The translations under genes and the position numbers were made by a program. Source: Polyangiales bacterium (GTDB taxonomy: Bacteria > Myxococcota_A > Polyangia > Polyangiales > Polyangiaceae). From it: DNA of 64,000 nt. Positions within the stretch are counted from its first letter, which is position 1. Every line of letters begins with the position of its first letter. The notes under the pieces are model-generated. The model did no database searches. It was not told where the DNA came from and worked only from the letters and a program-made list of their open reading frames with translations. Of the stretch, positions 29,951 to 39,185 are shown one piece after another. Location: the NCBI GenBank assembly GCA_038230375.1, contig JBBRNJ010000035.1, forward strand, positions 1 through 64,000, in the 5' to 3' direction.

Positions 29951-31858
29951 CTAGGGAAGGGCGAGGAGGGAGTCGAAGGCGTGGCGAACGGTCCATGCTG
30001 CGTCGGTGGGGTTGCAGCCTCGCGCGGTCTGGATGACGCCGCCGAGCCAGGCCGCAAGGAGATGCGTCTCCTCGGACTTCATGCTCTCCGCGATGATGTG
30101 ATCGGCCGCGCGGATGTACTCGCGCGCGCACGCGGCGTGGTCGCCCTGGTTGTAGGCAGGCACGCCCACGCGAAGCGCGCGGACGATCGCGTCGCGCACG
30201 AACGGCGGGGTGCGCGGCACTGGAGGGCCAATGGCGGTGCGGGCAGCGACGGCCTTCGGCATCTCCGCGGACACGCTGTCGCCGCGGACGCGCTCGAACG
30301 CCTCGGCAAGATTTGCGACGCCGACATTCGGTGGCGCGGTGCGGATGTCGCCCAGAGCACGCTCCAGCGCAGCGATGGCGGTCGCGCGCGCGGGAATGCC
30401 GCGACAGAGATCGCGAAGGGACATCGCGAAGCCCGCATGGAACGGGGCGAGCGCGTCCTCGTGGCCGAGCGCGTAGGCCCGATCCGTGATCGCGAAGAAC
30501 TCGTCCACGGCGACGTCGGCTGCGTCGCGCGGAAGGCGACGTGTGATGGGCTCGGCGGCCAGCAGGTCGTCGAAGGCGTGGCGCATGATCCACGCGCGGA
30601 GCGTGGGGCTCTCTTGCGGCTCCGCCTGCGTCAGCGCCACGCGGAGCCGGACGGTGGCTGCGAGGCTCACGATACCCACGCTGCGCGCGCGGATGACGTC
30701 CTGCGCAACATCCTTGTAGATCGCGTAGCAGCCTGCGTGGTTGCCCTCGTTGTAGGCCGGCGCGCCACGCGTGATCGCGCGACGGAGGCTCTCGCGCAGT
30801 GGCTCGTCGACAGGAGGGCGTGGGGGACCAGGGGGCGCCGGCGCGCGCGAGGTGGCGACTGACGGCGAGGACGCCAGCGACGGCGGGACAAAGCTGCCGC
30901 GCTCACGACGGCGGGCGCGGTCGTTGTCCATCAGCTCCGTGGCAACGTTCACCACGTCGCGCGCGGAAGCGAATCGCGCGTCCGCGTCCGGCGCGAGCAG
31001 CTTGTCCAGCAGGGCGTCGATGCCCAGCGCGAGATCATTCTGACCAAGCGTGGCCGTGATGCGCGCCCGGTTGCCTTCGCGCTGCAGCCGCGCCACCTCG
31101 AAGATGGTCTCTCCGATGTACGGATACTGGCCCGTGAGCATGGAGAAGAGCGTGACGCCGAGCGCGTAGAGATCGGCGCGACCGTCCACGTCGCCTGCGG
31201 TGATCTGCTCCGGCGCCATGTAGAGCGGGGTGCCCAGAATGGCGCCGATTCCCGTGAGGCGCGAGTCGGTCTTCAGGCGTGCAACGCCGAAATCGAGGAT
31301 CTTCGCGACCTCCTCGTCGTCGCCGTCGTCGTCCTTCACCAGGATGACGTTCTCGCACTTCAGATCGCGGTGAATGACGCCACGGTCGTGTGCGTGGGCC
31401 AGGCCGCGCGCGATCTGTCGCGTGAGCTTGAGCGAGCGGATGGGGTCCATGGGCGCGTCGCGGTCCACCACCTCCATCAACGAGAGGCCGTCCAGGTACT
31501 CCATGGCGATGTAGAGCAGCCCCGTGTCCGACTGGCTGAAGTCCACCACGCGCACGATGTGCCGGCTCTGCAAGAGGCTCGCGATCTCCGCCTCGCGCGT
31601 GAAGCGGGCGCGCATGCCGGCGTCGTAGGCGATGTCACCGAACATGACCTTGACCGCGAACACGCTGGCCATCCGGGTGTGCGCCGCCTGGTAGACCTGG
31701 CCCATGCCTCCGGAGGCGCGACGATCGATGATGCGGTAGCGCTCACCGAGCACCTGGCCCAGCAGCGGATCACCGATGTCGACGCGCGTCTGCGTCCCGT
31801 CGCGCGGGCAAACCCGCACTGTCTGGAACGCGGCCATGCAGGTTTCGCAGTAACGCAC
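29951..31858 (-). CDS. Hanks Ser/Thr kinase with N-terminal Zn ribbon and repeated C-terminal helical domain
   Basis: GGMGQVY, AVK, HRDLK, DFG, GTPLYMAPE; no TM; start GTG 31858 (or TTG 31879). Confidence 0.92.
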   Translation of the reverse strand: MRYCETCMAAFQTVRVCPRDGTQTRVDIGDPLLGQVLGERYRIIDRRASGGMGQVYQAAHTRMASVFAVKVMFGDIAYDAGMRARFTREAEIASLLQSRHIVRVVDFSQSDTGLLYIAMEYLDGLSLMEVVDRDAPMDPIRSLKLTRQIARGLAHAHDRGVIHRDLKCENVILVKDDDGDDEEVAKILDFGVARLKTDSRLTGIGAILGTPLYMAPEQITAGDVDGRADLYALGVTLFSMLTGQYPYIGETIFEVARLQREGNRARITATLGQNDLALGIDALLDKLLAPDADARFASARDVVNVATELMDNDRARRRERGSFVPPSLASSPSVATSRAPAPPGPPRPPVDEPLRESLRRAITRGAPAYNEGNHAGCYAIYKDVAQDVIRARSVGIVSLAATVRLRVALTQAEPQESPTLRAWIMRHAFDDLLAAEPITRRLPRDAADVAVDEFFAITDRAYALGHEDALAPFHAGFAMSLRDLCRGIPARATAIAALERALGDIRTAPPNVGVANLAEAFERVRGDSVSAEMPKAVAARTAIGPPVPRTPPFVRDAIVRALRVGVPAYNQGDHAACAREYIRAADHIIAESMKSEETHLLAAWLGGVIQTARGCNPTDAAWTVRHAFDSLLALP

Positions 31859-31883
31859 TGACGTCAGTGTCCTTCTCAATCAT

Positions 31884-31923
31884 TTCGTTCGCAAGTGCAT
31901 CCTGGATGCATGTCGCATGCGAA
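31884..31923. promoter_or_regulatory. Overlapping divergent SigK-type ECF promoters (CATCC-N16/17-CGAA)
   Basis: Palindrome TGCATCC-T-GGATGCA at 31896-31910; CGAA 16 nt away on minus and 17 nt away on plus. Confidence 0.55.
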
Positions 31924-31993
31924 TGCTCGATTCGCGGGGCCCCGGTGATCAGCGTCCACGTGACCCGGCCGTTCGCGGTATGCTGCGCCGCCC

Positions 31994-32569
31994 TTGGAAA
32001 CGACTGGTCCGCTCCTACCGCGGGTCGCCTCAGGTGACACCGCCGCCACGCGCGAATGCATCTCGCGCTACGGCGGGCTCGTGTGGTCGCTGGCGCGCCG
32101 TTTCTGTTCCTCGCTCGAGGACGCGGAGGACGCCGTGCAGGAGGTCTTCCTGGATCTGTGGAAGAGCGCGGCCCGCTTCGACGCGGCCGCAGGCGCGGAG
32201 GTGACGTTCGTGGGTGTGATCACGCGACGGCGGCTCATCGACCACCGCCGCCGAACGAAGCGCACGCCCGTCACCGAACTGCTCACGGACACCATTCCGT
32301 CCGAGGGCGACGTGCCCGCCGAGCTCGGCGCGGAGGCGGCGCTTGCGGCGCGGGCGGTCGGACGGCTGCGCCCAGAGCAGCGCCAGGTGATCATGCTGAC
32401 GGCGTGTCACGGACTCTCCCACGACGAGGTGGCGACGAGGACCGGCATGCCGCTGGGAACTGTGAAGGCACACTCGCGACGCGGCCTCATCGCGGTGCGG
32501 GAGCTGCTTGCGGACCCGCTCGCCGCGGAAATACCCAGGGCCGAGCCCGCGATGGAGAAGCGATCATGA
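31994..32569 (+). CDS. ECF sigma factor (SigK-like)
   Basis: DAEDAVQEVFLDLW region 2; region 4 HTH (EVATRTGMPLGTVK). Confidence 0.9.
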   Translation: METTGPLLPRVASGDTAATRECISRYGGLVWSLARRFCSSLEDAEDAVQEVFLDLWKSAARFDAAAGAEVTFVGVITRRRLIDHRRRTKRTPVTELLTDTIPSEGDVPAELGAEAALAARAVGRLRPEQRQVIMLTACHGLSHDEVATRTGMPLGTVKAHSRRGLIAVRELLADPLAAEIPRAEPAMEKRS

Positions 32570-33615
32570 GCGCGAAGCACACCCGTGCGCAGGAGCTCCT
32601 GAACGACGAGGCGCTCGTGGGCCTGACGGCGGAGGAGCGGGCGGAGCTCGACGCGATGCTGGCGGAAGCGCCGCTAGAGGCCGCGAAGGAGCGAGAGGCG
32701 TTCGGGAGGGCCGCGGCAAGCGTGGCGATCGCGAGCACGTTGAAGGGTGAGGAGATGCCAGCGGGGCTTGTGGAGAAGCTGGAGAGGCTCGCGAAGGAGA
32801 GGACGGCGACTTCGACACCGACGACGACTTCGACACCGACGACGACCTCGACTTCGACACCGACGACGACCTCGACTTCGACACCGACGACGACCTCGAC
32901 TTCGACACCGACGACGACCTCGACTTCGACACCGACGACGACTTCGACCTCGACTTCGACTTCACCCTCGACCTCAACCTCGACTTCACCCTCGACCTCA
33001 CCCTCGACTTCACCCTCGACCTCGACCTCGACTTCTCCTTCTCCCCGAATCCCTTCTCCCTCCCCTTCTCGCTCCCGGCTTTTTGGGCGGCTTGGCTGGA
33101 TGGCGGCGGCGGCTTGCTTCCTCGTCGCCGTGGGTGCGTGGACCCGGGAGCCTCGGGAGGTGATCGTCACCAAGGCCGTGTTCGTGCCTCATGACGTGTT
33201 TCCTCCTCCTCCGCCCACTGCGTCCGAGGAGCGCGAGCGGCTGCTTGCGAAGGCTGGGACGGAGAAGCTCGAATGGAGCGCGGCAAAGGACGAGGCGTCG
33301 AAGGGCGCGTCCGGCGACGTGGTGTGGAATGCGGCGGAGCAGAAGGGCGCCATGCGCTTCCACGGGCTCGCGAAGAACGATCCGAAGCAGTTCCAGTACC
33401 AGCTCTGGATCTTCGACAAGACCCGCGATGACAAGTACCCGGTCGATGGCGGCGTATTCGACGTGGACCCGACGACGGGCGACGTGATCGTCCCGATCAC
33501 CGCGCGCGTGCCCGTGCGCGAGGCGGCGCTCTTCGCCGTCACCGTGGAGAAGCCCGGCGGCGCAGTGGTGTCGAAGCGCGAGCGCATCATCCTCACCGCG
33601 AAGGCGCGCGGATGA
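32566..33615 (+). CDS. RskA-family anti-sigma factor with Thr/Ser/Pro repeat insertion
   Basis: ATGA overlap; one TM; QYQLWI, VDGGVF, FAVTVEKPGG motifs. Confidence 0.88.
   Translation: MSAKHTRAQELLNDEALVGLTAEERAELDAMLAEAPLEAAKEREAFGRAAASVAIASTLKGEEMPAGLVEKLERLAKERTATSTPTTTSTPTTTSTSTPTTTSTSTPTTTSTSTPTTTSTSTPTTTSTSTSTSPSTSTSTSPSTSPSTSPSTSTSTSPSPRIPSPSPSRSRLFGRLGWMAAAACFLVAVGAWTREPREVIVTKAVFVPHDVFPPPPPTASEERERLLAKAGTEKLEWSAAKDEASKGASGDVVWNAAEQKGAMRFHGLAKNDPKQFQYQLWIFDKTRDDKYPVDGGVFDVDPTTGDVIVPITARVPVREAALFAVTVEKPGGAVVSKRERIILTAKARG
32803..33069 (+). repeat. In-frame 24-bp (TSTPTTTS) repeat grading into TS/SP repeats
   Basis: ACTTCGACACCGACGACGACCTCG units followed by TCGACY/TCACCC. Confidence 0.92.
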
Positions 33616-36146
33616 CGCACTCGTCGGCGCTCTCGTTCATCCCGAAGGACGTCTCGGAGGACACGGTCCTGGAGGGGTTCCTCGCGTGGGTGAAGGAGCT
33701 CGGGCTGACGCTCTATCCAGCGCAGGAAGAGGCGATCCTCTCGATCACGACAGGCTCGAACGTGATCCTGAACACGCCCACCGGCTCCGGCAAATCGCTT
33801 GTCTTCACGTGTGCCGCGTTCGACGCGATCGCTCGCGGCAAACGTGCATTCTACACGTGTCCGATCAAGGCGCTTGCGAACGAGAGGTTCTTCGCGCTCG
33901 CCCGGGATTTTGGTCCGGACAACGTGGGCCTGATGACCGGCGACGCGACCGTGAACCGCGACGCGCCGATCATCTGCGCCACCGCCGAGATCCTGGCGAA
34001 CATGGCCCTGCGCGAGGGGGCTCTTGCGCGCGTGGACCACGTCACCATGGACGAGTTCCACTACTACGCCGACAAGGAGCGCGGCGTGGCGTGGCAGATC
34101 CCGCTGCTCGAGCTCTCGAACGCCACGTTCCTGCTGATGAGCGCGACGCTGGGCGACACGTCGTTCTTCGAGGAGCGCCTCACCAAGCTCACGGGCAAGC
34201 CCACGACCACGGTGCGGTCCGTCGTGAGGCCCGTGCCGCTCGACTTCATGTATTCGGAGAAGCCGCTGCACGAGGCGCTCTCCGACCTCTTGCGACAGGA
34301 GCGCGCGCCCATCTACCTGGTGAACTTCTCCCAGCGCGGCGCCGCGGAGGAGGCCCAGAACCTGATGAGCATCGACGTGTGCTCCAAGGAAGAGAAGCGC
34401 GCCATCACGGAGGCGATGCTGGGCGCGCGCTGGAACAGCCCGTACGGCAAGGACCTGGCGCGTTTCCTGAAGCACGGCATTGGCATCCACCACGCGGGCC
34501 TGCTCCCCAAGTATCGGCTGATGGTGGAGAAGCTCGCGCAGGCGGGGCTCTTGAAGGTCGTCAGCGGAACGGACACCCTTGGCGTGGGCGTGAACGTTCC
34601 CATCCGCACGGTGCTGTTCACCAAGATGTGCCGCTTCGACGGTACGGGCACGCGCATCCTCTCCGCGCGCGACTTCCACCAGATCAGCGGCCGCGCGGGG
34701 CGCAAGGGCTTCGACAACCAGGGCTACGTGGTGGCGCAGGCGCCAGAGCACGTGATCGAGAACCTTCGCCTGGAGGCGAAGGCCGGCGGCGACCCGAAGA
34801 AGCTCCGCAAGATGGTGCGACGCAAGCCTCCCGAGCGCGGGTTCGTCCCGTGGAACCGCGAGACGTTCGTCACGCTGACGACCGCGCTGCCTGAGCCGCT
34901 GAGATCGCGCTTCACCGTCTCGCACTCCATGCTGCTCTCCGTGCTCGAGCGCGACGGGAAATGCCTCTCCGTGGGCCGCCTCATAGACAAGAGCCACGAG
35001 CGCGAGGCGGAGAAGCGCATCCACAAGAAGACCGCGCTTGCCATGTTCAAGTCGCTCTGCGAGGCGGGCATCACGCTCGTGGAGCGCACCGGTCACGGGC
35101 GCCGCGTACGCGTGAACGACGAGCTGCAGGTGGACTTCTCGCTGAACCACGCTCTGTCGCTCTACCTGGTGGCGGCGATCCGCTCGCTGGATCCGGAGTC
35201 GCCCACACACGCGCTCGACGTGCTCTCGCTGGTGGAGGCCATCCTGGAGAGCCCCGAGGCGATCCTGATGCGCCAGAAGGACAAGATCTTCGCCGACAAG
35301 CTGAACGAGCTGAAGGCGCAGGGAATGCCCTACGAAGAGCGGCAAGAGGTGCTGGAGAAGCTGGAGCACCCGAAGCCGCTCGCCGAATTCGTGTATGATA
35401 CATACAACGAGTTTCGCATACTGCACCCGTGGGCGAACGAGAGCAGCGTGAAGCCAAAGTCCATCGCGCGGGACATGGTGGAGCAGTTCCTGTCCTTCAC
35501 GGAGTACGTGCGCGAGTACGGGCTGCAGCGCATCGAGGGTGTGCTCTTGCGGTACCTGTCGGACGTCTACAAGACGCTCTCGACCAACGTGCCCACGGAA
35601 GAGAAGACCGACGCGCTCTTCGACGTCATCGACTTCCTTGGCGCCATGGTGAAGGAGATCGACGCCAGCCTCCTCGATGAATGGGAGAAGATGCGCGACC
35701 CGGACCGCGCGCGGGAGATCGCGCTGCGCCAGGAGGAGGGACGTGCGGAGCCCGCGGGCACGCAGGACATCACGGCCGACGCGCGCGCGTTCACGGTGCT
35801 GGTGCGCAATCGCATGTTCGATCTCGTGCGCGATCTGTCGCGCGGCACCTTCGATGACGGCGTCGAGCGCCTGGGAGAGGGCTCCGGCGTCACGGCGAAC
35901 GATCTTGCGGCGGGTCGTGCGCTCTTCGAATCCAGCGGCAAAACCGGAGCGATCCGCACCGATCTGGAGGCGCGCAGCCCGAAGCACCTCATCGTGGAGA
36001 AGGAAGAGCACCTCTGGCGCGTGAAGCAGGTGCTCCTCGACGACGAGGGCCCATCCAGCGTCTTCATCGAGGCACGCGTGGACCTCGAGGCATCACGCGC
36101 AGAAGGTCGTGCGGTGGTGCGCGTCGATCGGATCGCCGCGGGCTGA
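33612..36146 (+). CDS. DEAD/DEAH-box SF2 helicase with DUF3516 (HelY/Ski2-like)
   Basis: PTGSGKS, MDEFH, SAT, HHAGLLPKYR, GRAGR; C-terminal DASLLDEWE. Confidence 0.92.
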   Translation: MTHSSALSFIPKDVSEDTVLEGFLAWVKELGLTLYPAQEEAILSITTGSNVILNTPTGSGKSLVFTCAAFDAIARGKRAFYTCPIKALANERFFALARDFGPDNVGLMTGDATVNRDAPIICATAEILANMALREGALARVDHVTMDEFHYYADKERGVAWQIPLLELSNATFLLMSATLGDTSFFEERLTKLTGKPTTTVRSVVRPVPLDFMYSEKPLHEALSDLLRQERAPIYLVNFSQRGAAEEAQNLMSIDVCSKEEKRAITEAMLGARWNSPYGKDLARFLKHGIGIHHAGLLPKYRLMVEKLAQAGLLKVVSGTDTLGVGVNVPIRTVLFTKMCRFDGTGTRILSARDFHQISGRAGRKGFDNQGYVVAQAPEHVIENLRLEAKAGGDPKKLRKMVRRKPPERGFVPWNRETFVTLTTALPEPLRSRFTVSHSMLLSVLERDGKCLSVGRLIDKSHEREAEKRIHKKTALAMFKSLCEAGITLVERTGHGRRVRVNDELQVDFSLNHALSLYLVAAIRSLDPESPTHALDVLSLVEAILESPEAILMRQKDKIFADKLNELKAQGMPYEERQEVLEKLEHPKPLAEFVYDTYNEFRILHPWANESSVKPKSIARDMVEQFLSFTEYVREYGLQRIEGVLLRYLSDVYKTLSTNVPTEEKTDALFDVIDFLGAMVKEIDASLLDEWEKMRDPDRAREIALRQEEGRAEPAGTQDITADARAFTVLVRNRMFDLVRDLSRGTFDDGVERLGEGSGVTANDLAAGRALFESSGKTGAIRTDLEARSPKHLIVEKEEHLWRVKQVLLDDEGPSSVFIEARVDLEASRAEGRAVVRVDRIAAG

Positions 36147-36148
36147 CG

Positions 36149-36550
36149 CTAGAACAGATCCGCCGGCTGTAGCTTCGGCGGCGGGCGTGGGGTGGGCGTG
36201 GGCGCTGGCGGCGGAATCATGGTGGGCGCCGGAGTGGGCGGTCGTGGTGCAGGGGGCGCGGTCGCCGTGGTGACGACGGGTGTGCACGCGGGGCACGGAG
36301 GACACGCGGACGATGCGGCAGACGTGACGGGCGCGGATGAAGGCACCGGGTCCGCGGTGATCGTCGCGGATGTCGAGGCCGCAGCGCGCGCGCCGTTCGT
36401 CGGCGGGCCACACTTCGCGTTGTCGCAGACGCGGTCGCCCTTGCAGTCAGTGTCCTTCTGACAACCCAGGGCTGGGTCGCTCGAGGCCTGCGAGCACGCG
36501 CAGAGAGAGGAGAGGAGCGATAGCGCGATGAGGAGCCGTCGGAGGTCCAC
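36149..36550 (-). CDS. Small Cys-knot lipoprotein (paralog A)
   Basis: Lipobox CAC; GCQKDTDCKGDRVCDNAKC; Pro-rich tail. Confidence 0.8.
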   Translation of the reverse strand: MDLRRLLIALSLLSSLCACSQASSDPALGCQKDTDCKGDRVCDNAKCGPPTNGARAAASTSATITADPVPSSAPVTSAASSACPPCPACTPVVTTATAPPAPRPPTPAPTMIPPPAPTPTPRPPPKLQPADLF

Positions 36551-36552
36551 GA

Positions 36553-36873
36553 TCAGTACCCCGGGTCCAGAGGGTTACGGAGCTGGTTCGTGGGCACGGG
36601 CAGCGGCCGGGCTGGTCGTGGTGCAGCGGCGGTCGTGGTGGGAGGAGCGCACACCGGGCACGGCGGACACGCCGAAGCTACCTGCTGCGCGGACGGCGCG
36701 GGCGGGGCGGCGGCGGTCGTCATGACAACCTGGGATGCGCCGCACTTTCCGTTGTCGCAGATGCGATCGCCTTTGCACTCAACGTCCGTCTTGCAGCCCA
36801 AGGCTGCGGGCGCGGGCTGCGAGCAGGCAGCAACCCCAACGACCAGGACGAGCACGGAGGCGAGGGCGCGCAT
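36553..36873 (-). CDS. Small Cys-knot lipoprotein (paralog B)
   Basis: ATG 36873; lipobox VAAC; GCKTDVECKGDRICDNGKC. Confidence 0.8.
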   Translation of the reverse strand: MRALASVLVLVVGVAACSQPAPAALGCKTDVECKGDRICDNGKCGASQVVMTTAAAPPAPSAQQVASACPPCPVCAPPTTTAAAPRPARPLPVPTNQLRNPLDPGY

Positions 36874-36901
36874 CCTCCGATCGTAGCCGTTTTCGCCCGG
36901 T

Positions 36902-37441
36902 TCACGAGCCTTTCGCGCAGGCCACGGCAAGCCCGCCGGCACACGCGCGTTTCGTGAGCACGCTCGCATCTGCGTGATCGGGCGCCGTGAGCACGCCGCG
37001 ACCGAGCATCTGGGCCCAGTTGTAACATGCATGCATCTCGGCCGGCGCTGCCCCCGCGTTCGTGCGCGCCTCGAACACGCCACCTGCGCTCCCCGCAGCA
37101 GGCGTGGTTGGGTTCGTGCATCGCGTCTTCGACGTGGCCTCACAGAGCCGCTCGTAGTGCCGTGCAGCCTCGCCCAGGGCCTCTGCGCGGCCGTCGAACG
37201 TCTCCAGCGAAGCGGCGCGCTCCAGACACGCGCACGTATCGCCAGACGCGCAGGCGCTCCGCAAGAACGCAAGGCCACGCGCAACGTCACGCTCCGCGGG
37301 CTGCCCGCGAAGGACGGCGAGCGCAACGCGACGCTGACCCTCCGTGTCGCGAGGGCCGGTAAATATGTCCGGGTCGGGCGGCTTTTGAATCGCAGAGCAG
37401 CCGAGCACGCCAATCACGCATGCGCTCGTCAGTGCGCTCAG
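36902..37441 (-). CDS. Sel1/HcpA-like Cys-rich repeat lipoprotein
   Basis: VLGC lipobox; RSAC..GD..AC, YERLC, ACYN, KRAC.GG..AC; start uncertain (37417-37441). Confidence 0.65.
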   Translation of the reverse strand: MSALTSACVIGVLGCSAIQKPPDPDIFTGPRDTEGQRRVALAVLRGQPAERDVARGLAFLRSACASGDTCACLERAASLETFDGRAEALGEAARHYERLCEATSKTRCTNPTTPAAGSAGGVFEARTNAGAAPAEMHACYNWAQMLGRGVLTAPDHADASVLTKRACAGGLAVACAKGS

Positions 37442-37788
37442 GGCAACGGCGGAAGCCCACCGTCCGCGTAGAGCAGCGGGATGGTCGGGTGCGGATCGAT
37501 CTTGAAGGACGTCGTGCACGCGTTCAGCAGATCCGTATAGACGTTCGGATCCGGCTTCGCCACGCAATCGTCGATGATCGCGCCGTCGGGGCCGAGCATG
37601 CCGCCGTCGTTGTCGGGGCTCGCGCCGTCGGCCATCCCAGTGGACGTGCCCGAGTCCTTCGACACGTCCTCCTTGATGGCGCTGTCCCCGCACGCAGCGA
37701 CGACGGCGATGAGCGCGAGGATGCCAACGGCGATAGCGACGATACCCACGCTCCGCGGGCGCCGGAGGATGCTCGCGCGCGTGCTCAC
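37438..37788 (-). CDS. Small lipoprotein
   Basis: GTGA overlap with upstream gene; VAAC lipobox; C-terminus DLLNACT...PLLYADGGLPPLP. Confidence 0.75.
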   Translation of the reverse strand: MSTRASILRRPRSVGIVAIAVGILALIAVVAACGDSAIKEDVSKDSGTSTGMADGASPDNDGGMLGPDGAIIDDCVAKPDPNVYTDLLNACTTSFKIDPHPTIPLLYADGGLPPLP

Positions 37789-39044
37789 CGGGCCTCGCAG
37801 TAGTTGTGGCGGCACTTGCCTGTGCCGCAGGGCCCGTCTGTCGTGCACGCCGTGCAGCTGGTCTTTCCGCTCGGCACGTTGGCGTCGAAGAAGCAGCCAC
37901 ATGGGGCCTGCGATGTGTAGCCTCTGAGTGGCGCCGCGTCGGCTGGATCACGCGTCACCTTCATCGCGCAGAGCGGAACGAGCCCCTTGCTGACGGTGAT
38001 GCCAAGGCCGTCCACGTCGGCGAGGGTGGTGTTGCCAAGGACCAGATCGATGAGCAGCTGCGCCTTCGGTTTCGCGGGCGCCTTCGACCCGGTGTCGATC
38101 GGTGTGATGTAGATCGTCTGCGCCCACGGCGTGTAGTGGCCGTCGCGCAGGTTCTTCTTGTCGAACGACGTGGGGCTAGAGTCCGGCAGATACGCGTAGC
38201 GCTGCCCGAACGCACGGAACGCGAGCTCGGTCACCTTGTCGCGGTTCTGGTCGTAGATCTCGGTGCCCATGAGCCCGATGGTCTTCTCGGGGTTCGTGGA
38301 CTGGGCGACCGAGTTCAGCACCTCGGTGGAGCCGTTGAACGGGGTGCCGCGCAGCTTGGTCACCGGCTGCACGCCGACTGCCGCCGAGAGCGTGAGCGCG
38401 GTGCTCTTCGTGGCGAGGCGCGTGAAGACAAAATGCTCATCCACCCACGGTGCCGCCTGGCCGACGTTGCCCAGACCGAACACGAAGTAGCCCTGTTCGG
38501 CCGTGAGCGACTGCTGCGTGCTTGCCTTGGGGACGATGAAGCCATAACCGGCGATGGGCCCTGGAAAGAGCCCCACGTCCGCGGGTGGGGGGGCCATCGT
38601 GCAGCTGGACGTGTAGGTCGCCGCGATGCCTACGTCGATCGGGATGCCGCTCGGCCAGACCAGCGGGTTCACGATGCACTGCGAGGGCGGCTGCGAGGCA
38701 TCCCACGCCGGGTTCTCGAGCGTCGATGGCGCATAGGAGAGCGTGGCGCTGGCGGCGATGACGCGCTTCGACGGATCGGCGTTGTACATGTTCGCGATGA
38801 TCGTGCACGTGCCTGTGGTCGTGTAGATCAGGCTCGCCTGCTGGGCAGCGGAGTTGCGAAGCTTCTGGCTCATCAGACGCAGCATCGGCTCTTGCGTGTC
38901 CCCGGACTGCACGACCAGCGCGTTCGTGAGCGGCGGATTGATCGCCGCATCATCACAGAATGGAAGCGCGTGTGCTTGCCGCGCGAGCAGCGTGGTCATC
39001 AGAAGGGCGCTCGCCGGGCCCGCCACCCGGAGCGGGGCTCGCAT
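37785..39044 (-). CDS. Secreted PstS/PBP2-fold substrate-binding-like protein
   Basis: Signal peptide ending AHA; motif order resembles PstS (SGDT..P, IDVG, LTAEQ..VFG, TIG, NLRDGHY.PW); Cys-rich tail. Confidence 0.6.
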   Translation of the reverse strand: MRAPLRVAGPASALLMTTLLARQAHALPFCDDAAINPPLTNALVVQSGDTQEPMLRLMSQKLRNSAAQQASLIYTTTGTCTIIANMYNADPSKRVIAASATLSYAPSTLENPAWDASQPPSQCIVNPLVWPSGIPIDVGIAATYTSSCTMAPPPADVGLFPGPIAGYGFIVPKASTQQSLTAEQGYFVFGLGNVGQAAPWVDEHFVFTRLATKSTALTLSAAVGVQPVTKLRGTPFNGSTEVLNSVAQSTNPEKTIGLMGTEIYDQNRDKVTELAFRAFGQRYAYLPDSSPTSFDKKNLRDGHYTPWAQTIYITPIDTGSKAPAKPKAQLLIDLVLGNTTLADVDGLGITVSKGLVPLCAMKVTRDPADAAPLRGYTSQAPCGCFFDANVPSGKTSCTACTTDGPCGTGKCRHNYCEAR

Positions 39045-39185
39045 CAGGTTCTTGATTCCCACTAGGTCAGCGTGCACGACGTTCCCGAGGACTCACAGCG
39101 ACATCTCCGTTGCATCACGCACACGGCTGCTACACCGGTGTGTACACAGTTGTAACACGTCAAATGGCTTGTTTTCCGCTACGCC

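Noticed and set aside
33189..36011. 940-aa minus-strand ORF (similarly 1916..3370, 37806..39065, 58425..60365)
   Set aside because: Antisense shadows of better-supported genes; Arg/Ala/His-rich with no domain signatures.
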